Source of the DNA: Tubulanus polymorphus
Taxonomy: Eukaryota > Animalia > Nemertea
Direction: 5' to 3'
DNA: 64,000 nucleotides
Assembly: GCF_964204645.1 (NCBI RefSeq)
Contig: NC_134025.1
Span: forward strand, 6,882,001 to 6,946,000
Shown here: in pieces, positions 35,290 to 49,981 of the stretch
Position numbering within the stretch: the first letter of the stretch is position 1
Layout of the letters: every line of letters starts with the position of its first letter
Notes under the pieces: model-generated
Told to the model about the DNA's origin: nothing
Database searches by the model: none
Seen by the model: the letters and a program-made list of their open reading frames with translations, nothing else
Made by a program: the position numbers and the translations under genes

Positions 35290-36942
35290 TTATAGAGACG
35301 TTACCAAATAGGGTCGAACGAATTGTCTCGGAACAAATCCCTGTTTATGATTAGTCTGGTTATACGCCCATATCCACTCTCCATCGCTCGATTCTTTATC
35401 CCAAAACGCGTAAAGAAGTTGTCCACGTTTGACGGCTAAATCATCGGGTGCCGTCTTCGTAAAATCTTCAACCACCATGAGCTGCGTTGGAAGCGGAGGA
35501 GGCGCTGGATTTTCTTCGACGCTGCTGAAGCTACCGAGATCAGACGTCCGATTGTACGACGTTGATGAAAGTTGATGTCTGCCCAGAGGTGGAGTCTTTT
35601 GAGTTGGCAAGTCGAAGCTTATCTCAGAATCTGTAAACGATTCATCTCCTTCACAGCCTAATTCAGAGAAATAAACAGCAGGTTTTGAAATGTATTTACA
35701 ATTGAATTAATATTCGTACAATACGTGTACTACGTTAGAATGTTTGATTATATAATTGATGAAAAATTATGATTACTACCTTTACATATAGTTTACAAGA
35801 CGCCAAAGAATCTGTACTCACCGGTATCAGTGCTGTAGGTAGTGTAACCATCTAAGTAGAATTCGGAGGCTGGGAAGATAAATGCTGCAGGAACAAATCC
35901 CTCATTACCTTCGGGCGTACGAATCCAGCACCACTCCGGGTCATCCTTGTTCAGCAATGTCACCATATCACCTCTAGCGACCGTTACATCGTTCTTCTGG
36001 ACAGCGCGGAAACCAAACAACACAACGAACGATCCGAAATTCTTCTTTCGGAAAAGGTTCTTGCCTATTTTTTCGCTGTACAACGATTCTCTCGATGAAC
36101 TGATTTCTTCCGAGCTGCTCGCCATCAGATGTTTATGGAGATTACTATGGTTTCTCAGAGCTCCTGGGACACGGCGCTTCGTTGGTTTCGGGGGTAACTG
36201 ATGATGATGATGTGGAGGTTCGTTTCTCCATCGGACAGGCACACAGCACGGTTGATCTGTTTTGATATTTTCCGTAGATTGCGACGGACGGATCGGTGTC
36301 AAACCCCAATTATCCATGCTTCTTGTTGTACATTCTGCCGATGACATACGTTTAGTCAAGTTACTACGATCGCTACTGCCAGGAACCGGTGGTCGGGCTC
36401 TCTGTGGTTTCGGCGGTGGCATCAATTCTTCTTGATAGGAAACATCAGGCGCGATTGCTATATTTTCTCGTATTTTGGCACTGTTCGGATCGACACAAAA
36501 TGCAGCTGGTACGTATCCTTCTTTACCATCTTGAGACATAACGAGGTACCAGTCTTCTTGTTTATGTAGGACCATGACCTTGTCTCCGCGGTTCACTCGC
36601 ATTTCATCATCCGCTGTAGGCTCGAAGTCGTCGATGACAATCTTGACCGGTTTTGGCGAACCTTTTCTGCTGCGACCATTTTCAAAATCAACGAGGTATA
36701 ACGTGTCGACACTAACGCTTCCTGTGATTTTACGTGTGGAGGGTGTCTGACACGGAGCCGGCGGAGCTGGAGCTTTACCAACTAAAAGATCAAAGAAACA
36801 AAAATAGATTCATGAGTAATTAGATAACAAATAGAGTTTGATGCAATATTTTCAGAGATATTGCCATTTTTCAAACGGCCAGTATATACTTACATTTCTT
36901 TTTGAAATCCTTGCGAAACTTTGCTGGACACAAGAAAGCCAT
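35290..36942 (-). CDS. Dlish: SH3 domain-containing adaptor Dlish/Vamana (three SH3 domains), 3 coding exons
   Basis: N-terminus MAFLCPAKFRKDFKKK (Drosophila Dlish begins MAFLCPV); three SH3 signatures: WYLVMSQDGKEGYVP, WCWIRTPEGNEGFVP, WIWAYNQTNHKQGFVP. Confidence 0.85.
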
Positions 36943-38072
36943 GTTATCAAATACTTTCGTCTCCGGTGCAAGTTTATTGTCCTGAGAATAGAACAAGTCC
37001 AAATGAATATTAATCCGATTCTTAATCCGTACGTAATAAAGCTGAGATAGCGTGTTGTAAACAGATCGAATATTCGATGATTGATAAAATCGCTTGGACA
37101 TGTAGAAGCATTTATATGAAAAATGTCCACGCGTCACTCGTTCATACTCAAACCAACTGAAATGGCACTAATTGCGTGATTGGCGTGAACACAGTTACAC
37201 GCTGAACGGCGGGCCTGGCCGTGGCACCTTCGGTTTGCATTCAAACAATTACCAAACATCAATTACCGGGCACTGCTAATTTAAAACGGCGACGCTAATT
37301 GGCTCGTCGCAAATTCACGTGTCACGACGTACTGCAAGAATTAGCAAAAAGTGAATATTAATCTGTGTTCATTGACAGCGTCAACATAGATTGAGGTTGA
37401 TAGCAATTAGAATTCTAATCATTCTAATGCAAATAACTCATTTTTCATTGATCAATTTTGTTTTCTTTAGTAAACTACTTTATCGAGTATTCGTACGTAC
37501 ACGAATTGAACAAGTCTTTTGATAAACCTGTGGTTTATTGGATCAGCTAATTAGAATGATTCATAATCAAACTTCATGTTATTTCACACGTTCTGCTGTA
37601 TTAAAATACTCCGGTGTTTTTGGCGAAAAAAATACTTCCTCATACGTATGCCTGCTGGGTTAAGGACGAAACCCTAAAAACAATGTGGGTAACCCCGCAG
37701 CGAGATCACGAAGATGCTATGGACTGAGAAAAACAATTTATCACAACATAACGGGAAATCTGCTATAAACATTTGGGACGAGATTTTACGCCTCAATTAT
37801 ATAGGGGATCACCAACACCTTTACTAAATCGTCTTTTTGCAAAGCAAGTCCAGTATATTTGTTATATTCAAATAACACCTGTCAGACACACGTCACATCC
37901 TTGACTTCCTCTTCCAAGATAATAAGTAGCTACGGATTAAGAGTCCTCGGTGTTCATTGACATCGAATAAAAACTTTAAGGAAAATCACAGGTTTTAAAC
38001 TTATTTTCATCTACATGTATTTCAACTGACTAACTTTTTTCTCATACAAATACAAACGGAATCATGCATCAT

Positions 38073-39915
38073 TTAAGATTCTTTAATGCGTACAGTAATA
38101 TATCTATTATTAGCACGAGGAAGAACTTTTTTTCTAAATTCAGCTTCTTCTTCCTGTTTTTTAGCTTTATCCTCGACCTCCTGTAATAAGGCCGGACCGT
38201 CGAGATCGAGCTCTTTAAGTTCGGTGTTTATCTTAGCCATAATGCTCTCCTTTTCGGCTAGGAATTCGGTACGCTGTTTCTCGATTTCCATTCGATAAGC
38301 GATACGTTTAGCTTCGACTAAAGCGTGACATTCCTCCTCGACTGCGAGTCGTCTTTTCATTCGAATAGTTTTACGGAAATTCACTTCGGGAGGAGGAACA
38401 GGTATGTATTCAATGTCTAACTCTTTACACAGCCAGTTGAATTTAGCGAGGTCATTTTGTTTCATCTTCTTCAAGTATTTACGCCTTTTCGCTATCATCT
38501 CCACCAGCAATTTCTTTTTCCATTTATCCTAAAAACAGTGATAAGTATGAACACTGGTATTTCCACGATATAAAATTCATTAAAAAAACTGTCACTTCCG
38601 CAAAAACTACTAACCTTTCTATACTGCAAACAGTATGGAATGAGGGCTCGTATCTTGACAGTCATCATAGTTACTGAAATAAACAGAGACAAATTTAGGA
38701 TATTCGAAATAAGATTTGATATTTCACAGCAAAGTAAGCTGTATATTTCTGCAACTAACTTTTTGCTTCTGGGGATTTGATATCTCCTTCATGTCTACCA
38801 ATTTTCTGCAACATATCATCGATATGGTGCCTCTGCATATCCATCTGAAATTAAATGAGCCCACAATGAAAATAAGTTTTCCAATCATATGTATCTAACT
38901 ACAAGAGAATTCTAAGTCAACATACACTTCTTCCAAAGCCAAGACTTAATATCTTTTTCACACTTTCGGGCGCACTATAATAAAGAATAGAATCAACAGT
39001 AAGATATGTAAATTCTTAAGTTGGGTTTCAATCAAGAAATTTAGAAGTACGTACTCCAATAGATTAGAACAGTATTTGTATTCAACTCGTGGCTGAGTCA
39101 TATCTGTTTCTGGATGTCCAACCTGCTTGTCTCCTTTATTGTACAGAAGAAATTTTTGTAATTTCAAATTATAGGACAATAATTGGGTTTCTAATTATGA
39201 GAATTAATTCATCGATGCGGTTTCTCACCTGACCAATCAAAATCTAAATGTTTTGTAGGTGGCTGTTTGGGTCCTTTCAAAGCATTGGTGTACCAACGAG
39301 ATCTAGTGGGCACCAACACGCAATTATCTAGAGAAGAAAATATAGAAAATTTGGTCCTAAATAGATTGTTAAGTGGCAAAAATGTTATGTCTGTAATGTG
39401 TTAATTTCCATTGCAGTATCATCAGACATCAGCATTGACTACATTGGGCGAAAGAGAGCACAAATTTTGTTTCATATTTTCTAGGCCGAGGGCCTTGACA
39501 CAGTGTGTGATGTTATAATCAGATCTTATAATCTGATGGTGTTCTCTCTGAACGTGAACGAGGTTGTTTTCGAATCGTTATGATTTCTTAATCTTAGTCG
39601 TAAAAATTAAATCAAGCTGCAGTGACGAAGCGTCCGTCACTTAGATTTCATCTATTACATATTAATCGTATTTTTTTCACAGGACTCACATGGAAGGCAC
39701 ATCCGTAAATTACAACGGGTATGATGAAATTGACGAGTTTGAACATGATGCCGATGTTGTTGTTGTTGCTGGTCAGATAATTTGTTAAGTATTGGCGTCG
39801 AAATAAATCGTGTATTCGACTTTAAACCTGCAGTGGCTGCAGTCACTTTTAAAACAGCATTCAAGCCCAACGAATAGTTGCCAAATTTGGATGCACCAAT
39901 GCAATAAATCGACAT
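38073..39915 (-). CDS. MRPS15: Mitochondrial 28S ribosomal protein S15
   Basis: ESVKKILSL..IGRHEGDIKSPEAKITMMTVKIR..RKDKWKKKLLVEMIAKRRKYLKKMKQNDLAKFNWLCKELDIEY fits the uS15 domain; putative transit-peptide exon 39915-39690 splices in phase. Start codon less certain. Confidence 0.85.
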
Positions 39916-40192
39916 TTCGGGGAAGATTATCGTTAAAATGTGCCAAAATGTGCAAATTTACAAAAATTTCATGTTCATGGGCGCGGCCATTTTTACGGTG
40001 TGTTGTGGGTATAATCTGATTGGCGGAATACTCCGGAAACACCCGAATACCATAGTTACGTGACGTCACTTTGCATTACATCCGGGTTCTTCTGTTGTTT
40101 TCCTTGACAACATTCACATACAATCGGGTGTGTGTAGTGGATTGTGTTAGTTTTATATCAGTTTAATCTCAGTTTGCACGCCGAAAACAACG
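39916..40192. promoter_or_regulatory. Bidirectional promoter region MRPS15/PACRG
   Basis: Divergent start codons <300 bp apart; TGACGTCA (40061-40068), TTACATCCGGGTT (40076-40088), X-box-like GTTTTCCTTGACAAC (40097-40111), YY1-like GCCATTTT. Confidence 0.65.
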
Positions 40193-41918
40193 ATGGCAAC
40201 GAAAGTATCGCGTCAACCTCAACATAATCACTGCCGGGGTAGCAAAAAAGCAAAAAGTGATGAGGAATTGAGGAAGAATGCCTTCACAGTCAAAGCAAAT
40301 CAACGAGGAGCATCGGTGAGCACATTTTTATCAACAATCGACATCAAAATTAATTGTTCTTCCTTTCATAATACTGTAGAACCTCTTCCATCAGGGTATA
40401 TAATGTATCAACATGAGTTCTGTTTCTTTTTGTCCTTGTTGGGTTGTGCCTAAATTATGTCCTGACCGTAGCGTAATAATGGTTGAATCGTAGCAGCCCA
40501 GGGCCAGGGGGAATGTTTGTTGACTTTTGACTTTCTTGTTTCACTGGGATTCAAGCTTTTTTTACTTGTTTGTGAGTGAAGCAATGAATGTATGTTTCCA
40601 AGGACAGTAAAATCATGGCGCCACTTAAAAAACCAACTGGGGACCGCAGAGTGTAGGTTTTTAGGGACTGTAGGTTAAGGGTCCGATCAGAGAGAGAGAG
40701 AGAGGTACCGTAGTAAGGGTTTAGGGTAAGGTTATACATTGCCATTGTGATGATGATAGGGTAAGGCTGAATTAGTAAAGGAAGGTCATTATAGGCGCAA
40801 ATGAAAGTGCATTTTGTTGAATGTTTTAATTCTAATGTGAATCATCCATTTTCTAGGTTGGTAAACCCCCAAAAGCAGGTGCTTATGAGCCGAAAGATTG
40901 TGGAAGTACAGAATTCAAACGATGTTATAAAAGGGGAGATTTTCCTATCGCATTAGAACACGACACAAAAGGAAACAAAATTGCATGGAAGGTAGACATC
41001 ACTTCGGATTCTAAATGTCCCTCGGATTCGAAAAGAAATGATACATACGTATATACAACTATTGAAAAATAAATCTATATTTTTCAGGTTGAGATTGAAA
41101 AGTTGGATTATCATCACTATCTACCTCTGTTCTTTGACGGTCTCCGGGAAACTGAACATCCATGCGAGTTCTTCGCTCGACAAGGCGTACACGACATGCT
41201 TGAACACGGTGGACAGAAAATTTTGCCAGTCATTCCACAGTTGATAATCCCTATTAAACGTACGTAATGCTATTATCGCGTTTAATTAGATATCATATCT
41301 CACAAATTGGTTCAGTTTAATCCAGATTTTGATCTAATCTGGGTATTATTAACAGTCCACCGATACTTGGATATGTTTAAAATATGATCTTTAATCCGTA
41401 TGATCTATACATCTGGATCAGCAAATTGAATGTTTTAGAAATGCTTCTATCAATTTGTTTGTTTATACCTTTATAGGCAGTTTGAATACGAGAAAGCCAG
41501 GCGTTGTTTGCACGACATTGAAAATTTTACAACATCTCGTAGTCTCTGGAAATCTAGTTGGCGAAGCTTTGGTTCCATATTACAGACAAATTTTACCAAT
41601 CCTCAACACATTCAAAAACAAAAACAGTGAGTGTTATGATATACCGGCATGTTCTCATTCTGGATGTCCCCGATTTTTAATTCACATAGTACTTAAATCA
41701 TTCATGTATTGTGTTTTATTATCGAAGCTCAATATCGGATAACAATTTTTTTTCCAGTTAACTCCGGAGATGGTATCGATTATAGCCAGCAAAAACGAGA
41801 GAATCTTGGCGATCTTATTCAGGAAACTTTGGAAGAATTTGAGAGACAAGGTGGCGAGGATGCTTTTATCAACATCAAATATATGGTGCCGACGTATGAA
41901 TCGTGTCAGCTCAACTAA
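40193..41918 (+). CDS. PACRG: Parkin coregulated gene protein (axonemal inner-junction protein), 5 coding exons
   Basis: [69 protein letters not shown], the highly conserved PACRG sequence. Confidence 0.96.
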
Positions 41919-42624
41919 ACGAAAAAAAGCATCATTCATGAAAAAAAGACTTTATTGGAAACCTACATTATTGTGAACACATTTCGACGTTTGCTTACAT
42001 GACTTGTTAATATAGATTTATATTTTAAAAAGGATAAATGTGATATTTGTGTATATATAGACAGATTTTTCTGTACTCGGTCCTAAGTATATGAATTTCC
42101 TAATTGTATACACATGTTCTTCAGATTGCAATATCTATGTTTTTAAGCGTATTATAGTACATTATCATGGACTTGAAATGAATTATTCTGATTTTATTAG
42201 AAAAAGACTGCATGTACGTAACCTATATTTCATAGTTTTCATCAGCTATCCATCCATGTTGTATTTTGAAATCTTTGTTAGATTATTTTAATTCATTACC
42301 TGTACTATAAAATACTTTTGGAATAAATTGTAAAAAGTCAACTTCTCATTTGAGAAATTTGGCAAAACTTATTTATTTGTTATCATTTTTATTATACTAT
42401 GTGATCTTGTGTGCAGTCTGAAATAAAGTTATTAATCAAAAAAAGCAGACTTACTGGTTTCTTGTTGGGTTGATCGTAAAGTCAGACCTACCGAACCCTT
42501 GGCTGGTGAAATCTGAATGTTTGGACAATTACACTTGGTTTATTCTCAAGTAAACAGTGATATTTGCAAAGAGCAAAAAAAACGTACATGATATTTGCAT
42601 TACAGAGTACCCGGTAGGTTACAC

Positions 42625-42789
42625 AGGGGCTCGTATTTGGAGTTTGGGGGTGAACTGTAGCTTAGATCATCCAGTATCCCTGGTACTATATCCATATATA
42701 AAAAAATATTTTCTTTTTATATATATAGTACCAGGGATACTGGATGATCTAAGCTACAGTTCACCCCCAAACTTCAAATACAAACCCCT
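42625..42789. mobile_element. Palindromic MITE / hairpin element
   Basis: ~67-bp arms (aggggctcgtatttggagtttgggggtgaactgtagcttagatcatccagtatccctggtactatat and its near-perfect reverse complement) around a short AT-rich centre. Confidence 0.85.
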
Positions 42790-43279
42790 ATGGTAGGCTT
42801 AACACGAACACTTGTAAATCTTCACACCAACAACTGTAAGACTTCTTCCCCGAGTTGCGAAAGGCACAGGAGTGTTCCGGCCGCCAAATTAATCACTCTG
42901 GTAAGTGAGGATGGTACCGCTGGCATGTGAGGTCACGAGAGTGCCTGAGTCACATGACCACTTTCACTTTGTGTCATGTGAGCTTGTTTATAGTTTCTGA
43001 ACGTAAACAGATTTTCATTTGAGCCAGTTTACTAAGCCTCGCGATGTAAGTATTTTTACTCGTACTTATCTTATCTGCATATAGAGTGGATACGTACCAT
43101 ACTTTTGGCATTGCTCTGACTTTGCCGGTTCCTCTGGCCCTAAAATAAATTGATTTCGTGAGAAAGAATTCGAACTTTTTTTGGTGGGTGGTTCCACCGG
43201 CGGCTTTGCCCTCGCCTCGGCTATGGGTGGATGATACCAGCAGTGTTCCTGGACCTATACAGGGATACTGTGTCTTCAA

Positions 43280-43482
43280 GGTAAGACTCAAGAATATGGG
43301 ACTAGTGGTTAGGTTTTTAGGGTTAGGTTATAGTTCCCTAATCTTCATTAATTACTATATATATTACTTGTCATTGATTATATATCATCATTTAATCACA
43401 TTATCAATTACTATTGTTATTACTTATTTGATTACTATCACTACATATATATTGCTATAGTCCCCTATTCTTGAATCGCACC
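43280..43482. mobile_element. MITE with ~25-bp imperfect TIRs and an internal TTAGGG-like tract
   Basis: ggtaagactcaagaatatgggacta versus tagtcccctattcttgaatcgcacc; internal ttagggttagg and AT-rich low-complexity sequence. Confidence 0.6.
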
Positions 43483-44231
43483 GCGGGTTAAGCAAGGCTA
43501 TAGGCCTATATTTAAATCAACTCTCATCAACCCTGCAGTTGTGTTCTGTGGCTCAGTGGGTAAAGCACTGGACTACTGCTGGATTTACTTTTTTTCTGTT
43601 AACTGGATTTCTTTTGTTTGGTTTTGAATCCCAATTTTGCAAGTCAGAATTCTACTGTATTGCGCATGCGCCAATGTACTCGCCTACGGCTTACCTGTGG
43701 TAATCACCGTACAGTCACGTACGGGTAACAACAGCCTGTTTTTTATCAAGTTAGATTAAAGATTTGATGAACTTGAATTAATTGCAGAGGGGAAAAAAGT
43801 TTAAAAAGTGTGATTGAAAAAAATTAGTCATTGAATGCATTACTCATTTAGTGATTGCAGAAAGGGGATAAAAATAGATAGAATTTACTTTATTGGAGGA
43901 ATCATACAAAATGTTTGTTTTTATTTTCATAGCTATAATGCTATCATAAAAATGTTTATTTTTATTTTCATAGCTATGCTCGAAAAGGGGGGGGGGCAGC
44001 AGTAAAAATAATTTTGCATTTTTTGTAAAGGTACCTAGAATTGGAAAAATCTACATTAATGTTAGGAAGAGGAGTGTTAGCCGATATTGTATGATGTCGA
44101 TTGAGCTCTGAGGATGTAAACTCAGTAAATGTAAACCCTAGGACCCTTTATATATGAGAACTGATATTTAGATCTAGAATGTGGCGCGTGTGAGCTGTGT
44201 TAGATAATAAATGTTGTATAATCTGATTGAG

Positions 44232-44350
44232 CACATGACATACTGTACTCTTATGAAATAAAGGTCATGTGATATCATACTCTTCTCAGCTGACTGTGTT
44301 TCGTGATAACAATTATGTCATGTCATGTGATCATGGTCTAGGCTATAAAT
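44232..44350 (+). promoter_or_regulatory. Cathepsin L proximal promoter: MiT/TFE (CLEAR/M-box) sites and TATA box
   Basis: CACATGAC 44232, GTCATGTGAT 44264 and 44322, TATAAAT 44344; splice donor at ~44427 implies a non-coding first exon. Confidence 0.65.
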
Positions 44351-44646
44351 ATGTATGCATAGATGTAGTTGTTAACATTCCTTCAGTTAGGCCTAGTCGG
44401 TGGAATATATACTTGTACTTAAAAAGGTAGGCTTGGATGGGATATTTTATCATATTGGGGCTAGAAATGATCTGAATACTGCGGCATAGTGTTTTGGACG
44501 TAGTGTTTTCTACCACTTGCATATTGTGGATTATTTAGAGTGTGTAGAAAGTTGATTTTTAATCATGGACTTCTGCAATTGGAATGAAATACGAATGTGT
44601 TTATTCGAATATATGATTTCTTTATAGATTTTAAAAGTGAAGAAAG

Positions 44647-46710
<2,064 letters not shown>

Positions 46711-48010
46711 AAAAGTTGAAGTACCTGTGATTGTATGTAAATATATGATTCTTGTTACAGAAACCTATGAATTAAAATATTTTTCAAAGTAGTAATGTTA
46801 TTTAGGTCACTTTGTGTCAGTTTTTTTGCCAGTCAGTCCTCAGGGCTGTATTTTCTATCTAAGATACTGATCATTTCATGCTTTGAATATGCTTTAATGA
46901 TCTCTTGCGAATTTTCATGGCTTTAGTCAACTTAAAAAGAACAGGATCTGAACAGTAATTGATACTTCATTGCAGTATTTTTAACGACAAAATCTCATTG
47001 ATAAGAACCTTTTTGTACTGCACAAGATGTATATTCAAATGTAAATCATTATGTCACATTTTAGTTGCGGATGCTTACACTTTGAAGATTATCCTTTAAA
47101 GATTTGCAAATTCATAACTTATTTTTAGAAAGTATGGCGTATAACTCCCGATATGTTTGTTTGAGTGTCACCTACTTTCACCGGTGATTGTATTTGGAAT
47201 GTGTCAAAATGCTGCTGATAAGAGATATTTGCAATAGTGATATATCATTAAGTTGTAATACGCGGTAGATGTGTGGTATTGTATGATATTAATGAGTAAT
47301 GAGTGTTATCCGCCTTTCAACTTGTATACATTTGTACGAAATCACGCACTTCTCATTACATAGCGCCTTACCAAAACCTTGATGAATTGAAGTTTTCTTT
47401 AGCTTTTATGCAGGGTAATTTTGAAGTGCCTCTACATTTTAAATTTTTTTTGTGAATATCCGTATTACCAGTATGTTGGATGCTCTTTTTTCCATCACTG
47501 TAATGTAACTATGTTTTTCTTTTTCTCGGTTTAAAAACTAAACGTTTACTTCAGAGGTCTAATCCTGTAACATTTTAAGTCTTGTACAATGTTTGTGACA
47601 AGTGTGTGAATGAATTTTTGATAAATCCATACCATATTTGTATAATAAAATTTATTTTAATTGAATATAAATATGTTCTTGATTGTTTTTCGCGGTGAAG
47701 GCATTGATCAGTATTAAAGGAAAACTAAAAAATGGGTAGAAGTTCAAGCCATGTTGATTGAAATATCTACCATAGTTTGGGGATGAAGTTAATCACTATG
47801 CTGAAAACCAAAGGGGCTGCTCTACAGATGTTAGCGCATGACAATTTTTAGCCAGTGTTGCCATAAAACAGATAGTCAAGGGATTAACAAACATGAAGGG
47901 TGCGTCATGTAAATCATTGAATTTGCCAGTAGCATCGAAAAAAGCACATGGCAGTGAGGCTGCTTAAGTCGCAGAAATAAAACTGGAACCATAGACGTAT
48001 TTTCATATTA

Positions 48011-48224
48011 GGCTAAACAAAATGATACCTTGTTTCTCCGCAGCGGCCGGGTCATTTTAGTAAAATATGATAAAATTTGTAAACAGTTCATTTCTATATA
48101 TGTCTGTTATGGTAAAATTGATCACGATTTTAAAAAAAGTAATGTATAGGGTAGATAAGCGGCTGGCCGGGTCAACATTTAAGCTCAGCAGAGCGGAGAA
48201 ACAAGGTATCATTTTTTTTTAGCC
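48011..48224. mobile_element. PIF/Harbinger-type MITE
   Basis: TIRs ggctaaacaaaatgataccttgtttctccgc / gcggagaaacaaggtatcattttttttttagcc; TTA on both flanks. Confidence 0.8.
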
Positions 48225-48225
48225 T

Positions 48226-48396
48226 TACAGTCGAACGTTTTTACGCCCGAACATCGGGGGACTAAAAAGTAGGTTCGTTAAAACTGATAGTTTGTTATAT
48301 CCGGTATGAAATTAAACTGTCCTATTTGGGACAAAAATCTAGGTTTGTAATAACCGTTAAATTGTCATATCCGAGGTCACAACAAAATTCAATGTA
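48226..48396. mobile_element. Degenerate Tc1/pogo-like MITE relic abutting the Harbinger MITE
   Basis: Starts TA-CAGTCGAAC; internal repeats gggac.aaaa..taggtt and t.atatccg; right end decayed. Confidence 0.4.
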
Positions 48397-49981
48397 CACC
48401 TATTCCATGTATGATCAGTTAGTCATGACCGAAAAATAAAATGAGAACTGAAGAAAGAGATGCAACTTTTCTTTAAAAATATTTTATTTTCCAGAAACTA
48501 TTGACCTTTAGCCATTTCCATACTAGACTGTATTGAAGAAATTGCACACAGGAAGGCCAAGTTAAATGGTATAATCAAGATGAACAAAGGCTTCTAAATG
48601 TCCTAAACATCTATGGGTTGGTTAAGATCGACAACAGATTTTGTCTGGTAACGATTTCAGCATAAAATGATTACTGTTACCCATGATGGGGCCAATAATG
48701 AGTCAGAATGGAAATATATGTACGTGCGTATGATCAAGTTAACAAGACAAACAAATCAGATATCTCGCAAAGTCTTGGAATGATACATCACTTGCACATG
48801 ACATGTAAACCATTACAAACCTGGGAGCAATTTATGTGAAACACTGAAAATTCACTGATTACCAGAATTCTCACGAAGATGTAAGGAAAGTAGGGACTTA
48901 AACAATCATGGGGTAGTATTTGCAATACATTTCCCACCCACCTACCCGCAAGGAGCACATGATATGATACAATGTGCATATTAAAACAAAAATCTCTATA
49001 CAAAACGTCTCTATTAAAAAAATTGTATTCATTATCATGACAAAAATATCCCACAGTTAGGTTCTGGTAGTAATGACAAATGTAAATAAAAAAGACATCA
49101 GCAATATCTTGCTAGGAAGTGAAAAACCTACGGAGAATGATATCTACAACCCTATTTAACCAGCGCGCCTATCTCTTTACCATTTCGCTATCTATGGAAT
49201 CTAATGAATATGATAAAATACAACCGGGAAAAGAAACAAGTGGTTCATGCCATCTGTTCTGTTCATACGTTCTATCAACACGCATTTACACTTCATGATT
49301 GTATTTTGAGAATTGTATATCATCGATACCAGGAGAACGATTTATTGAAACTCAGACGAATGAGATACATCACGTCATAGGGATAAATGCACTGAAATAT
49401 TGCTTAAGAATAGTGCATTTGCTTTAACATGCAAACAGAGTTCTCCCCACCAAAAATTCTCAAATATGATGCGGTTAAAAATCTTATGATTTTTGTAATA
49501 ATCATTTCAATAAATACATTATAAAACACATAAGACAGTCTTTTGTTCATCGTGGCTGAGATATTTCACGAAAACTTCATTGCAAAATGTAACCACAACA
49601 TAAAGACCCCCAACTAGAATTCAAAAAATTGAATTTTACCCTCGATGTCAATAGTAACACGTTCTTGCCCAAGTACTGTGATTAAAGCTCAAAACCGATA
49701 CATTCTATCAAATGAGCCTCAACCCATTCATAACAACACGTTTTTGTAATGGCAATTCCCATGGGCTTAAACACGTGTTTTTATTGTAGAATATCGTCTC
49801 ACATACCGCAGTGGGTTCATATAATTCAGAGCAAGTCTTTTATTTCCATTCATTGTTCTTGTGATTTGAAGACTTGTCTGAATGAAGATACAATTCTGAA
49901 AATTTCCCAAAGTCCATTCTTAATTTGTGGAAGCTGCTCTGGAATGATCTCTTACATTTCCTAGATTACCGCTGATTAACA

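Noticed and set aside
40655-40770. TTAGGG-like words in a PACRG intron
   Set aside because: Scattered and degenerate; more likely a repeat relic than a telomeric array or telomerase template.
43543-43590. tRNA-like A-box (TGGCTCAGTGG)
   Set aside because: No B-box or cloverleaf; at most a truncated SINE head, not a tRNA gene.
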